Source: a virus (lineage: Duplodnaviria; Caudoviricetes). Taken from it: a stretch of 64,000 bases of DNA. The notes under the pieces were generated by a model. The model was not told where the DNA came from and did no database searches. It saw only the letters and a program-made list of their open reading frames with translations. Location: positions 1 through 64,000 of IMG/VR virus record IMGVR_UViG_3300028638_000008, one strand, 5' to 3'. Within the stretch, counting starts at the first letter, position 1; every line of letters starts with the position of its first letter. Positions 39,427 through 50,132 of this stretch are shown here, in pieces. A program made the position numbers and the translations under genes.

Positions 39427-39773
39427 GCTTGCAAACCTTTACGCCTGCCATTCGGCCCGATGTAGGCTCTGGCGGCTCGCATCAGTTCAGGACTCTGACC
39501 GCTAATTTTGGCGACGGTTACGACCAAGAAGCCGCCGATGGCATTAACCCGCTGAAATCAGATTATACGCTGAATTGGAGTAATTTAACCGTTGCCGAAG
39601 CCGATGCCATTATCGCCTTTTTCGATGCAAGAGGCGGCTATGAGGCGTTCAACTACACAATTCCGGGTCAGTCAACGGCGTATAAATTCCGATGCAAGCG
39701 GTATAGCGATACATGGGCAAAAGGCGATCATAAAGACGTTTCGGCTACCTTAACCCGCGTATATGACTTGTAA
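39423..39773 (+). CDS. Minor tail protein M-like
   Basis: FGDGY.Q...DGINP. Confidence 0.85.
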   Translation: MSLQTFTPAIRPDVGSGGSHQFRTLTANFGDGYDQEAADGINPLKSDYTLNWSNLTVAEADAIIAFFDARGGYEAFNYTIPGQSTAYKFRCKRYSDTWAKGDHKDVSATLTRVYDL

Positions 39774-39782
39774 GGGGATAAC

Positions 39783-40502
39783 ATGACAAATACGATTAAC
39801 AGTGCAGTTCAAGAATTTTCACCGGGCAAACTGGTCGAGCTTTTCGTTGTCGATTTAACCGTGTTAGGCGGCGGTGTGTCGCGTTGGGCTAATACCGCGT
39901 TTGCCGATAATGCAATCGTTTTTGATGGCGATACTTATACCCCGATGAAAATGGAAGTCGAAGGCTTTGAATGGAACGGCAGGGGCGCAATACCGACGCC
40001 GCGCATTAGAATATTTCCGAATGATGGTATTAAAGCCGCAATGTTAGCCTATGATGATTTAATCGGCGGCAAAATCACCCGCATTAAAACCTTTTCGCGC
40101 TTTCTCGATGGGCAACCCGACGCAGACCCGTCGCAGCGCTTTCCCGATGAAGTTTATTATTTTGAGCAGAAAACTGCATTTAATAAATCGGTGGTTGAAT
40201 GGACTTTATCATCAACGCTCGACCAAGAAGGCGTTATGCTGCCGAAAAGAATTTTTTTAAAAGATATTTGCCAACTTGAATACCGCCGATACAATCCCGC
40301 TACGTTAGTTTTTGAATATGTCGCAGAAATTGACGGCGGTTGCCCTTACAACGGCGCTAATTATTATGATGTAGACGGAAATAGTGTTACAATAGATAAA
40401 GACAAATGCGGCAAGCGTTTAAGCGAATGTAAAAGGCGTTTTGGCGATTATGCAAAATTGCCTTTTATGGGTTTTCCGGGCATTACCGCATTTAAACGAT
40501 AA
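39783..40502 (+). CDS. Minor tail protein L-like
   Basis: C...YR...C.Y.G...DKCGKRLSECK.RFG...PF.GFP Cys cluster. Confidence 0.85.
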   Translation: MTNTINSAVQEFSPGKLVELFVVDLTVLGGGVSRWANTAFADNAIVFDGDTYTPMKMEVEGFEWNGRGAIPTPRIRIFPNDGIKAAMLAYDDLIGGKITRIKTFSRFLDGQPDADPSQRFPDEVYYFEQKTAFNKSVVEWTLSSTLDQEGVMLPKRIFLKDICQLEYRRYNPATLVFEYVAEIDGGCPYNGANYYDVDGNSVTIDKDKCGKRLSECKRRFGDYAKLPFMGFPGITAFKR

Positions 40503-40519
40503 CTTTGAAAGGTTCTAAT

Positions 40520-41293
40520 ATGTTCTACGAGCGGCAACCGAAAGATTTAACCGAAAAAGATTTAAAAAAAGCAATCGAACACGCTTTAAAAGAATTTCCG
40601 CGTGAGGCTTGCGGCGTGTTTACGCGGTCATGCGGTTATATCGCTTGTAAGAATGTAGCCGAAAAGCCAGAGCTTGATTTTGTAATGCAGGAATACAAGC
40701 AAATTGCAGCCAATGAGGGCGATGTAATTGCAATTTTTCACAGCCACCCTGACGGCACTAATCACCCGTCGAAAGCCGATATGAAGGTGCAGATAAGCAC
40801 TGATTTGCCGTGGGGTATCGCGGTTTTGTCAGATAAAGGCGCTTTAACTGATTTATTCTTTTGGGGTTCTGATAACATACCCGCCCTGATAGGCCGAAAA
40901 TACCGCTCAGGCTCAATGGATTGCTTTTCGATTATTCGCGATGCTTATAAGCTTTGGTATAATATCGACCTTCCCGAATTTCCCCGCGATGAGGAATTTT
41001 GGAAGCACGGCGAGAATAAGTATATCGACGGCTTTTCAGAAGCGGGCTTTGAGATTATACCCGTTGAAAAGCTCATGCCCGGCGATGTAATTCTTGGCAA
41101 CGTGCTAGGCAAAGGTATCGTAAATCATGGCGCGGTTGTTCTCAATCACCGCGAATTGATTCACCACCTTTCAGGCCAATTATCTCGCAGAGATAGCCTG
41201 TCGAAATGGTTCAGGCATCTTAATATATGTTTGCGGCACAAAGCATTTGAATTGAACGGCGGGCCGCCTATGCCCCCGGAAATAGGTGTTTAA
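40520..41293 (+). CDS. Tail tip protein K-like (JAB/MPN plus NlpC/P60)
   Basis: P.EACG...HSHP......S..D; DCF...H...L..H. Confidence 0.85.
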   Translation: MFYERQPKDLTEKDLKKAIEHALKEFPREACGVFTRSCGYIACKNVAEKPELDFVMQEYKQIAANEGDVIAIFHSHPDGTNHPSKADMKVQISTDLPWGIAVLSDKGALTDLFFWGSDNIPALIGRKYRSGSMDCFSIIRDAYKLWYNIDLPEFPRDEEFWKHGENKYIDGFSEAGFEIIPVEKLMPGDVILGNVLGKGIVNHGAVVLNHRELIHHLSGQLSRRDSLSKWFRHLNICLRHKAFELNGGPPMPPEIGV

Positions 41294-41294
41294 A

Positions 41295-41888
41295 ATGGCA
41301 GTAAAACAAATCTATTTACACGGCGTTCTGAAAAAACAATTCGGCGAGGTTTATAATCTCGACGTTGCAACGCCAATCGAAGCGGTTAAGGCGCTTTGCC
41401 ACGTTGTAAAAGGCTTCAGAGAAGAATTTGCAAAGCACTCTTACAGTGTTATCAAAGGCGCGTTAGAAAAGGGTTGGATTCTCGACGAAAACACTGTCGG
41501 TGTGCAGCTTGCAAAAGATGAGCTGCACTTTATACCGGTCGTTTCGGGTTCTAAGGGCGGCGGTCTTGGTAAGTTAATTACTGGTATCGTATTAATCGGC
41601 CTTGCTTTTACTGGGGCGGGTGCAGCCTTTGCGGGCTTTCTTGGCGTAACAACCACAAAACTTGCAATCATGGGCGGTATTCTTGCCCTTGGTGGCCTTG
41701 CGCAAATGAACGCAAAAACGCCGAAATACGCCATGAGCAGCATGGAACCAGCAGAAACAAGAGCATCGCATATTTTCACGGGTGCGGTTAACACAACCGA
41801 ACAAGGTAACGCAATTCCGCTTGTATATGGCCGAATCCGCATAGGTTCTCAGGTTGCCGCGCAAGGCATGGACACCGTAAACATTTAA
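41295..41888 (+). CDS. Tail assembly protein I-like
   Basis: I.L.G.L...FG...T..EAV.AL...N...QG..IPL.YG. Confidence 0.85.
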   Translation: MAVKQIYLHGVLKKQFGEVYNLDVATPIEAVKALCHVVKGFREEFAKHSYSVIKGALEKGWILDENTVGVQLAKDELHFIPVVSGSKGGGLGKLITGIVLIGLAFTGAGAAFAGFLGVTTTKLAIMGGILALGGLAQMNAKTPKYAMSSMEPAETRASHIFTGAVNTTEQGNAIPLVYGRIRIGSQVAAQGMDTVNI

Positions 41889-41900
41889 GGAGCCGTTAAA

Positions 41901-44900
41901 ATGCCAACTGAAGCCCCGAATACACTGCGTTCACGCGCAAGGTATAAGATTGTCGATATTCTTTCCGAAGGCCCAATCAAGGGGCTTGTTAACGGCGCAC
42001 AGAGTATCTTTCTCGATGATACACCGATTCAAAACCGTGACGGCACTTATAATTTTCCGAATTTTGATGTAACTCGCGACGTAACGGAATTGCCAGTTGT
42101 TGCGCCAACAGGCTCAAACGCGCCTCTTTTCCACGGCACGTTCCCGGCATCCGAAAATACCGTTAATGTCGGCGTAAAGGTTACAAACGATAGCCCCGAA
42201 GGTAGCGGTAGCGGAGATGGCTCTGTAACTCGCACGATTACAGACTCAAGCCTTGATGCCGCCCGCGTAACCCTTCGCATTCCGGCTCTTGCAATCACCA
42301 ACACAACAACCGGCGACATTGCGGGCGGGCAAATAAATTTTAATATCTATGTAAAGCCTAATGGCGGCGACTTTTCGCCTATAGACGCAGGCGCGGCATG
42401 GACTAATTTAACCGTTGGCGGTAACACTCTGCCTGAAAGCTCTGGCGTCGAGCTGACAGTCAGGCTTAGCGGCGATAGAACAACCGCGAAAAAAATTACA
42501 TGGCAATATGCTGAAGTTGTTGGCGGCATTGTTGGGGAATGGATAACTTATGCAAGCGTAGATATTCCCGCTACGTCATCATCTCAGCAGGCCGAAGGTT
42601 TTTACAACTGGTCTGCTAATCTTGGCGATTTTACCCGCTCTGTTAAATATCTTGGCGCGGGCACGTATCGCGTCCGATCTGTGACTACTGGCGGCACCGG
42701 CACCGATATTAGCGCAAGGCAATATCAGGTTGTTGGTCTGCAAATATCGGGCAAGACCGTATCGCCATACGACGTCAGCTATAACGTGCCATTGCCTGAC
42801 GGTGGTGCACCTTGGGAAATTAAAGTGCAGCGGTGGACAAGCGATAACACTGCCGCAAATTATCAAGACGACCTTTATTGGCTTTCTTATACCGAAATCA
42901 TCAACAACCGTTTTTCGTGGCCTAATATTGCGGGTATGCAGCTTACTTTCGATGCTGAAAGCTTTGGCGGCAATGTTCCGGCACGCTCGTATGATGTTAT
43001 GGGCCTTATGGTGCAAATACCGTCGAACTATGACCCATACAACCGGCTTTATACCGGCACATGGGACGGCACGTTTAAAACAGATTGGACTGACAACCCC
43101 GCATGGATTTTTTACGATCTGCTGACAAATAAGCGTTATGGCCTTGGCAGCAATATCGACGCTGCGCAAATTGATAAATGGGCGCTTTATTCAATCGGGC
43201 AATACTGCGATGAGCTTGTAGACGCGCCAAACGGCAAACAGGAGCCGCGTTATACTTGCTCTTGCGTTATCAACTCGCAGCAGGAAGCCTATGACCTTTT
43301 AACCGCGATTGCATCAGCCTTCAGAGGCATGATTTATTGGTCAAATGGCGCAATAACCGCGACCGCCGATATGCCCTCAGACCCGGTTATCGACGTTGGG
43401 CCTGCAAATGTTATCAACGGCGAATTTACTTATCAGGGCGCAAGCAGAAAAGCCCGCCATACCGTTGCCCGCGTTAGTTGGAATAACCCTGATGACGGTT
43501 ATAAGCTCAATGTAGAAATTTACGAAGATACCGAAGCAATCAGAAAATACGGCTACCGCCCGATTGATATTAACGCTTTCGGCTGCACCTCGCGCGGCCT
43601 TGCCCGTCGTTGGGGCAAGTGGCTTATTTCAAGCGATAATGACGCGCCTGATACCGTTACATACAAAGCATCTTTCGACCATTTCGCAATCAGGCCCGGC
43701 GATGTTATCCGCATTGCAGACCCGAACTATAGCGCCGAACAGAACTTCGGGCGCATTGTGTCGATTGTTGATAATGAAGATACAACACACACAATCACGC
43801 TCGACCGTGCCGTAACGCTTATCGGCGGCGATGATTCCGAGCTTGCGCTAACTTTGCCAGACCAAACTCAGCTTTTGCTTGATGTTTCAGTGCTTGTAAC
43901 CGCTACAAGCTCCGAAATCACCGTGCCGTCTGCGTCATTAACCACAATGCCGATGATTGGCGCGGTATGGCTTCTCAAAAAAGAAACCGTAGAGCCGCGT
44001 CAGTGGCGCGTATTCAGTGTTGTAGAATCTGAGAAAAATATTTATCAGGTTTCTGCAATGCTTTACAACCCGAATAAGTATGCAGAAATCGAAACCGGCT
44101 TAAACTTTGAAGAAGCCAATTTTTCAGCAATGCCAACGGGCGAAATTCCCGCCCCGACCGGTCTTGTCGTTTCTGAATTTCTCAAACAGACTGGTTCTGC
44201 TATTCTTGAGTGTGCAACTCTTTCATGGACGCGCCCCGATGATGCCCGCGCCGACTTTTTCGAGGTGCAGTATCAAATCGACGGGCGCGATTGGCAAGCA
44301 ACTACGCCGAATCTTGTAGGCACTACAAGCGTCGATATACTTAACATCGTGCCCGAAACATACAACTTTCGCGTCAGGGCGCAAGATTCTACCGGCCTTT
44401 TCAGAAGCTCATGGGCAACGCTTTCTAGCCAAACATTGCTCGGCAAGCAGAAAAAGCCTGAAAACGTAACCGGATTTACCGCAACCGTTGAAAAATTCGG
44501 TATTTTGCTGAAATGGACACCCGTTTCTGATATTGATATCGACTTTTACGAAATCAGAAGCGGCGCCTCATGGGCTGCCGGAACTGTCATTGGCAAGCCA
44601 AAGGCCGCCGAATTTAAATATGAAGAAAATGTAACCGGCGCATATACGTTTTGGATTGCCGCAAAAGATACAAGCAAAAACTATTCAGCAACCCCCGCAA
44701 GCGCGTCTGCAACCATTTCGGCGCAAGGCACACCAACACTATCAACCGTCGCGGTTAATGGCGGTATTCAGCTTACAATCGGCGGCACCGTTTCTCGCGG
44801 CTTCAAAAACTATGAAATTCAGCGCAAGGAATACCCGTCTGGCGCAGAAACAACAATTAACAACAATGTTCTGACCCGCATTTTCACTGATTCTGACATT

Positions 44901-47900
44901 GCAACGCTTGGTTATGTAAAATCATGGCAATACCGCGTTAGAGCCGTTGACCAGAACGGTTCAGCATCGGCTTACACTGCATGGTCGGCACAGCTTACGC
45001 CGAAGCAGATTGAAAATAACGACATTACCGCCAATCAGATAATCGCAAAAGACTTCAGAACTGCTTGCAATGCCGGTAATGGCACTGTATCAGGCGTTCT
45101 TTTCAATGCTAACGGTATTCAGGCTTGGAATGGCGCAACGAATACGTTTTGCATCGACGCGGCAACGGGTAACGTCAGCCTAACCGGCACTATTACCGCG
45201 AACATCGGCTGTATCGGTGGGTGGTGCATTGCTACCGGCTGCCTATACGCAACAAACGCAAAAATGTATTCGGGCGCGGCCAATACCGCACGCATGGAAT
45301 TTGGCACGGGTGCATGCTCTGCTGGCATTAACTCAGCAAACGCAGGCACTGACATATCGTTTTGGGCGGGTTCTACGTTTGCAAACAGGGCGAGTGCGCC
45401 TTTCAGGGTTACCGCTGCCGGGGCTATAACTGCAACAAGCGGCTTAATCGGCGGCTTTACAATCGACGGCACCGAAGGGCTTTACGCAGGAACCGGCGCA
45501 ACCCGCGTGCAAATGAAGGCGGGCGCAGGTTTTTGGGCGGGTGCTACTGCGCAAAACGATGCTTGTTTTAGTGTAACACAAGCTGGTTATTTAAAATCTA
45601 CAAGCGGCTTGATTGGCGCATGGACTATTTCACAAACAAGACTTTGTAGATTATTTACAAATGGCTGCTTAGTTCTTGGTATGGGGCAGGGTGAGCAAAT
45701 ACAATGGGCTGAAAATACAGATGGTGCATGGTCAGCTATTACCATCGGCCAATGTGTCTGGACTGGCACCTATGTTGCTAGAACCGGCATGGCAATTACA
45801 TTTAATAATACGCCGTATTTTCAAGTTCATAAACCGATTGGTGGCGGTGCTATTTGTGCAAACATCGCCGGTTGGAACTTCAACGCCACTCAAATCTACT
45901 CCACCGGCTGCGGCCTAATCCTCTGCAACACCGGCGCAATCCAAACCGGCAGCTTTGTAACTGGCAATGCAGGCTGGAAAATCGACTATCTTGGCAACGC
46001 AGAGTTTAATAATATTTGCGCTCGTGGTGCTATCAGAACCGCTGTGTTCATCAAAGATGAAATCAGTGTTATTGGCGGGCGCACGCTGATTAGACCAGCA
46101 GGCGTTTCGACGCTTGATTGCAATCCCGGTGCAGATACATTCAATATTCATCTTGGCTCAAACATCGACCAATTCGCGGTCAATGACCTTATCCGCATTA
46201 AAGATGGCGCGGGTGATTTTTGGGCTTGTGTTTGTGCTTGCAATGGTGCTTCTCAGTGTTTAACCGTTGTTAAAACAGCGGGAACCCGCTTTGCCTTCAC
46301 AAAAGGGCAAGCAATCGTAAACTACGGCGCAAAAACAGGCTGTGGTGGTATTTTGCTCGATGGTCAAGCACCATACATCGACATTTACACACATAATGGC
46401 ACGCCTTGGAACGGCACCTGTTCACGCGGTAGAATGGGCAATCTTAACGGTTGGGGTAGCTTTTCTACCGACACCTATGGCCTTGCGCTTGGCTCGCCGA
46501 CCGGCAATTACATGACTTATGATTCCGTAAGCGGGAATCTGAACATTCTTGGCAATATCAATGTTTGTTCTACTTTGCCGCTTTCAATGCCGGGTGGCGC
46601 GGTGCTTGATATTTCTGCAAAAGGTTCGACTACCGACACTATTGCGCTGACTGGCGGCGTGAAAGACGTTTCCGGGAATGGCAATAATGGCACCGCTTAT
46701 AACGGCGTCACCGTGTCTGATAGCAAAATCGGAAAGGTTTTCCAATTTGATGGTGCATCCAAATACATCAACATTCCCTCACTTGGGTCTGATGCGCCTT
46801 GGACTGTTTCGGCATGGGTTGCAAGAAACGCTTTTGCGAATGCGACGTGGAAAACAATAATAGCAGTTGCAAGCGGAAACATTCACCATTTGATTCTTAC
46901 AGACGATTACGGTGTTGGCTTGTGGGATGGCTCACACAAATCGTTCGGCTATGTCGTGCCTAATGATGGGAAATTCCATGCCCTGACTGTAATTTATCAT
47001 AATTCGACAAGCGCATCTTTGTATGCCGACGGCGTTTTTGTCAGAACAATCACAATAAATTTAAACTTAAACACCTATAAATTTGGTAAAATTGGAAACT
47101 GGAGCGGGGGTGGCTATCACGCCGGCCCCATTGGAAATCTTAAAATATATAACCGCGCTCTAACCGCTGAAGAAGTAAAAACCCTCTACCTCGTCGGCAA
47201 TCAACAAGAATCAGGCACAATCACCGCCGACCGCGTTCAGACCGGCACTTTGCAGTCGATAAACTGGGGCACTTCTGCGGGGTCGCTGTTTAATCTTAAC
47301 GACGGCACTTTTGCAATGGGCGGTTCATCTGCACCAAAACTTTGCTGGAACGGAACAACTTTGAGCGTAACGGGGAATATCACAATCACGGGTGGGTCTG
47401 GGATTGGTAATTTCAGCGATGCAGGGGCACTGGCAACAGTAGACAATCTCGATGGAGTAGCCGATGGCTCAACTTATAAACGCACAACCACAAACGAAAA
47501 AACAGGCGCAGGCCGCGCTTATTCTGGCCTTGATTCAAGCAATCGCCTTGTAACCGCCGTTATTCCGGGCACCGCCGTAACGCCTTCAACCGCCGGGCTT
47601 TTCATCGGCTCTACCAACATGGGCTATCATAACGGCACCGTATGGAAAACATACATGGATAACTGCGGTAATTTCTACCTTGGCGGTTCTGCTGTTGGTG
47701 GTTGCGGGCTTGCTTGGAATGCTACGAGCAACTGCCTAACCGTTTGTGGTTGTATTACTTCGGGTGCTGGCCGTATCGGCGGGTGGAATATAACTGGCTC
47801 GCAAATAATACAAACATGTATTGGTGGGGTAAATAATCGCAAGTTAGAGATGAACGCATCGTATGCGTCAATTCATTGGTGGCAAGGTGACGCAAGCAGC

Positions 47901-49430
47901 GGTGCGTTTTTAGGGCAAATTCATACTACAGGTTGGACTGGTAGATATGGGTTGGCGGTAGTGCAAAATTCTGTATCTATTTTTGAGGCTAGTTATGACA
48001 AGTCAAATAATTTAACGGCCCAAATTGCTGGATGGAATTTTAACGCCGCCTGCCTTTACAAAGGCAACCTAATCCTGAACTCTGCGGGTTCAATAAGCGG
48101 CAACTACAACGGCGATGTTTCCGGTTGGTGCATCGACGCGGCGGGTAATGCTAAGTTTAATAATGCGACGGTTAGGGGCACGGTTTGTGCTACAAGTGGT
48201 TGTATTGGTCGGTGGACAATATTAGATACCACTATATGCTCTGTAAATTGTGGCGCAATGATGTTGTTGTCTGGCTACAATGGCGGAAGAATGTATATTA
48301 CCGCTGGTGATACGGCGCAATGCGGGAGTATTTCTATTGGCAATTATCTCAGATATCCGGGGGCTTTTTGCACGGGCTATACCGGAATAACAATTCTCGG
48401 AAAAGGTGAATCTGTATTATTCCGAGCAACGATGAACTCTACGACTGGAGAAAACTTCTGCGGAATATTAGCTGGATGGAATTTTAACGCCGCCTGCCTC
48501 TACAAAGGCAACCTAATCCTGAACTCAAACGGCGCAATCAGCGGGTGCTACAACGGCACAACGACCGGATGGTGTATAAACGCCGCAGGTGACGCGGTGT
48601 TTAATAACGCTACGGTTAGGGGCACTGTTTGCGCATCGGCGGGGCGTATTGGTTGCTTTATTCTTAATTCTGGCAATTTATTCAGTAGAAATTGTAGTGC
48701 TAACGACTGTGGTCATTTCGACCTATTCGGTGGAAGTGGCACCCCGCAATTAATGATTTGCCATAGATGTTTAACCACCGGATGCACAACCTCTCAATTC
48801 AGTATTAATTCATGGTATGATGGTAGCACGTCAGATTGGGCACCGCTACGCGTTTATTCGTTAGGAACATATACTGCATTTTTTCAAAAGTCCGTCTGCA
48901 TAGGGGTTTGTGGCGATTCTCCCCTTTTTGATTCTGCCACGTTCCGAATAAAAACCGGAAGTGGTCAGTCTTGCGGCATTTGGTCTAATGCGTATAATGG
49001 CGCTGATGCTTCTACCGCCGCAATGCGAATTTATATGTGTTGCGGCACTGCCTGCTATGCGTTCTGCACTAACGGTAAAATAAACGCGACTGGTGGTTAT
49101 ACATGTTCTTCAGATCGCAATATGAAAACCGATATTCAAGACGTGAACGTATTGCACCTGCTGCGACAAATGCCGGTTACAAAATGGCGATTCAAGGATA
49201 GCCGCGATTACAGAATTGGCCCGATGGCGCAGGATTTCAATAATCTTTTCAAGCTCAACCACGATTGGCAAACTAACCTTACCGTCAGCGGCCTAGACGG
49301 TATCGCTCTCAAAGCCGTTAAGGAAGTCGATGAGAACGTGCAAGAGCATGATAAATGTATCGTAATGCTGAAAGAAAAACTTCAAAAACTTGAATGTGAA
49401 ATGGCCGCAATCCGCGAAATGATAAACTAA
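41901..49430 (+). CDS. Central tail fibre / host-specificity protein J-like (FN3 domains, Cys-rich repeats, LamG domain, C-terminal peptidase S74 chaperone)
   Basis: DILSEGPIKG...WTDNPAW...; LamG FDG...W...IYNRAL...EV; SDRNMKTDI...IGPMAQD plus coiled coil. Confidence 0.88.
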   Translation: MPTEAPNTLRSRARYKIVDILSEGPIKGLVNGAQSIFLDDTPIQNRDGTYNFPNFDVTRDVTELPVVAPTGSNAPLFHGTFPASENTVNVGVKVTNDSPEGSGSGDGSVTRTITDSSLDAARVTLRIPALAITNTTTGDIAGGQINFNIYVKPNGGDFSPIDAGAAWTNLTVGGNTLPESSGVELTVRLSGDRTTAKKITWQYAEVVGGIVGEWITYASVDIPATSSSQQAEGFYNWSANLGDFTRSVKYLGAGTYRVRSVTTGGTGTDISARQYQVVGLQISGKTVSPYDVSYNVPLPDGGAPWEIKVQRWTSDNTAANYQDDLYWLSYTEIINNRFSWPNIAGMQLTFDAESFGGNVPARSYDVMGLMVQIPSNYDPYNRLYTGTWDGTFKTDWTDNPAWIFYDLLTNKRYGLGSNIDAAQIDKWALYSIGQYCDELVDAPNGKQEPRYTCSCVINSQQEAYDLLTAIASAFRGMIYWSNGAITATADMPSDPVIDVGPANVINGEFTYQGASRKARHTVARVSWNNPDDGYKLNVEIYEDTEAIRKYGYRPIDINAFGCTSRGLARRWGKWLISSDNDAPDTVTYKASFDHFAIRPGDVIRIADPNYSAEQNFGRIVSIVDNEDTTHTITLDRAVTLIGGDDSELALTLPDQTQLLLDVSVLVTATSSEITVPSASLTTMPMIGAVWLLKKETVEPRQWRVFSVVESEKNIYQVSAMLYNPNKYAEIETGLNFEEANFSAMPTGEIPAPTGLVVSEFLKQTGSAILECATLSWTRPDDARADFFEVQYQIDGRDWQATTPNLVGTTSVDILNIVPETYNFRVRAQDSTGLFRSSWATLSSQTLLGKQKKPENVTGFTATVEKFGILLKWTPVSDIDIDFYEIRSGASWAAGTVIGKPKAAEFKYEENVTGAYTFWIAAKDTSKNYSATPASASATISAQGTPTLSTVAVNGGIQLTIGGTVSRGFKNYEIQRKEYPSGAETTINNNVLTRIFTDSDIATLGYVKSWQYRVRAVDQNGSASAYTAWSAQLTPKQIENNDITANQIIAKDFRTACNAGNGTVSGVLFNANGIQAWNGATNTFCIDAATGNVSLTGTITANIGCIGGWCIATGCLYATNAKMYSGAANTARMEFGTGACSAGINSANAGTDISFWAGSTFANRASAPFRVTAAGAITATSGLIGGFTIDGTEGLYAGTGATRVQMKAGAGFWAGATAQNDACFSVTQAGYLKSTSGLIGAWTISQTRLCRLFTNGCLVLGMGQGEQIQWAENTDGAWSAITIGQCVWTGTYVARTGMAITFNNTPYFQVHKPIGGGAICANIAGWNFNATQIYSTGCGLILCNTGAIQTGSFVTGNAGWKIDYLGNAEFNNICARGAIRTAVFIKDEISVIGGRTLIRPAGVSTLDCNPGADTFNIHLGSNIDQFAVNDLIRIKDGAGDFWACVCACNGASQCLTVVKTAGTRFAFTKGQAIVNYGAKTGCGGILLDGQAPYIDIYTHNGTPWNGTCSRGRMGNLNGWGSFSTDTYGLALGSPTGNYMTYDSVSGNLNILGNINVCSTLPLSMPGGAVLDISAKGSTTDTIALTGGVKDVSGNGNNGTAYNGVTVSDSKIGKVFQFDGASKYINIPSLGSDAPWTVSAWVARNAFANATWKTIIAVASGNIHHLILTDDYGVGLWDGSHKSFGYVVPNDGKFHALTVIYHNSTSASLYADGVFVRTITINLNLNTYKFGKIGNWSGGGYHAGPIGNLKIYNRALTAEEVKTLYLVGNQQESGTITADRVQTGTLQSINWGTSAGSLFNLNDGTFAMGGSSAPKLCWNGTTLSVTGNITITGGSGIGNFSDAGALATVDNLDGVADGSTYKRTTTNEKTGAGRAYSGLDSSNRLVTAVIPGTAVTPSTAGLFIGSTNMGYHNGTVWKTYMDNCGNFYLGGSAVGGCGLAWNATSNCLTVCGCITSGAGRIGGWNITGSQIIQTCIGGVNNRKLEMNASYASIHWWQGDASSGAFLGQIHTTGWTGRYGLAVVQNSVSIFEASYDKSNNLTAQIAGWNFNAACLYKGNLILNSAGSISGNYNGDVSGWCIDAAGNAKFNNATVRGTVCATSGCIGRWTILDTTICSVNCGAMMLLSGYNGGRMYITAGDTAQCGSISIGNYLRYPGAFCTGYTGITILGKGESVLFRATMNSTTGENFCGILAGWNFNAACLYKGNLILNSNGAISGCYNGTTTGWCINAAGDAVFNNATVRGTVCASAGRIGCFILNSGNLFSRNCSANDCGHFDLFGGSGTPQLMICHRCLTTGCTTSQFSINSWYDGSTSDWAPLRVYSLGTYTAFFQKSVCIGVCGDSPLFDSATFRIKTGSGQSCGIWSNAYNGADASTAAMRIYMCCGTACYAFCTNGKINATGGYTCSSDRNMKTDIQDVNVLHLLRQMPVTKWRFKDSRDYRIGPMAQDFNNLFKLNHDWQTNLTVSGLDGIALKAVKEVDENVQEHDKCIVMLKEKLQKLECEMAAIREMIN
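48027..48526 (+). repeat. 56-nt near-identical direct repeat in the tail fibre (48027-48082, 48471-48526; 1 mismatch); diverged third copy near 45865
   Basis: GCTGGATGGAATTTTAACGCCGCCTGCCT(T/C)TACAAAGGCAACCTAATCCTGAACTC; offset 444 nt. Confidence 0.85.
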
Positions 49431-49538
49431 AAAATAGGCAGTATGGCGCAACCGTGCTATACTGCCTTATACACAATTCTCAATGGGGGTTGACAACTAG
49501 TTAATGATATGTTAATATCTGTTATAGGAGATTAACAA

Positions 49539-50132
49539 ATGTTTATACCAAGTAGAAAAGCTGTTAATCATCTGGGTGTTTGTGCTAATACTCTTAGAAA
49601 GTGGGCAGATGATGGTAAAATCAGATTTATCAGGAATCCAGCAGGACAAAGATTATACGATGTTAGTAGCATCGAACAATCAAGTTCTACCTGTAAATCA
49701 TACTGCTACTGTCGAGTATCAAGCCAGAAACAAGCAGATGATCTTGAAAGACAAAAAGATTTCATGCGAAATAGATACCCACAATATGATGTCATCTCTG
49801 ACATCGGAAGTGGAATCAATTTCAAAAGAAAAAACTTGCTCTACCTTCTGGAACAAGCAAGTCTTGGAAATGTCAAGGAAATTGTGGTTGCCCATCGTGA
49901 CCGGCTCTGCCGGTTTGGATTTGAACTCATTGAATGGTACTTCACTAAGTACAATGTTAAACTCGTGGTACTCGATGATAGTAAGAGTTCCCCTCAACAG
50001 GAACTTATTACCGACTTACTCTCAATTATTACCGTGTTCTCCTGCCGTATTCACGGACTCAGGAAATACCATAATAAGATCAAGGAAGATCAGGTTCTAC
50101 CCAACGAAACAACAGAAAATTCTTCTGTATAA
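49539..50132 (+). CDS. tnpA: IS607 serine transposase
   Basis: MerR-like HTH (LGVCANTLRKW), YCRVSS..Q..DL.RQ, DIGSG.NF.R, RDRLCRFG. Confidence 0.92.
   Translation: MFIPSRKAVNHLGVCANTLRKWADDGKIRFIRNPAGQRLYDVSSIEQSSSTCKSYCYCRVSSQKQADDLERQKDFMRNRYPQYDVISDIGSGINFKRKNLLYLLEQASLGNVKEIVVAHRDRLCRFGFELIEWYFTKYNVKLVVLDDSKSSPQQELITDLLSIITVFSCRIHGLRKYHNKIKEDQVLPNETTENSSV

Noticed and set aside
45600-48900. Tail fibre repeats as a diversity-generating retroelement (TR/VR)
   Set aside because: No reverse transcriptase or Avd in the window, both copies are in-frame coding, and differences are not adenine-specific.
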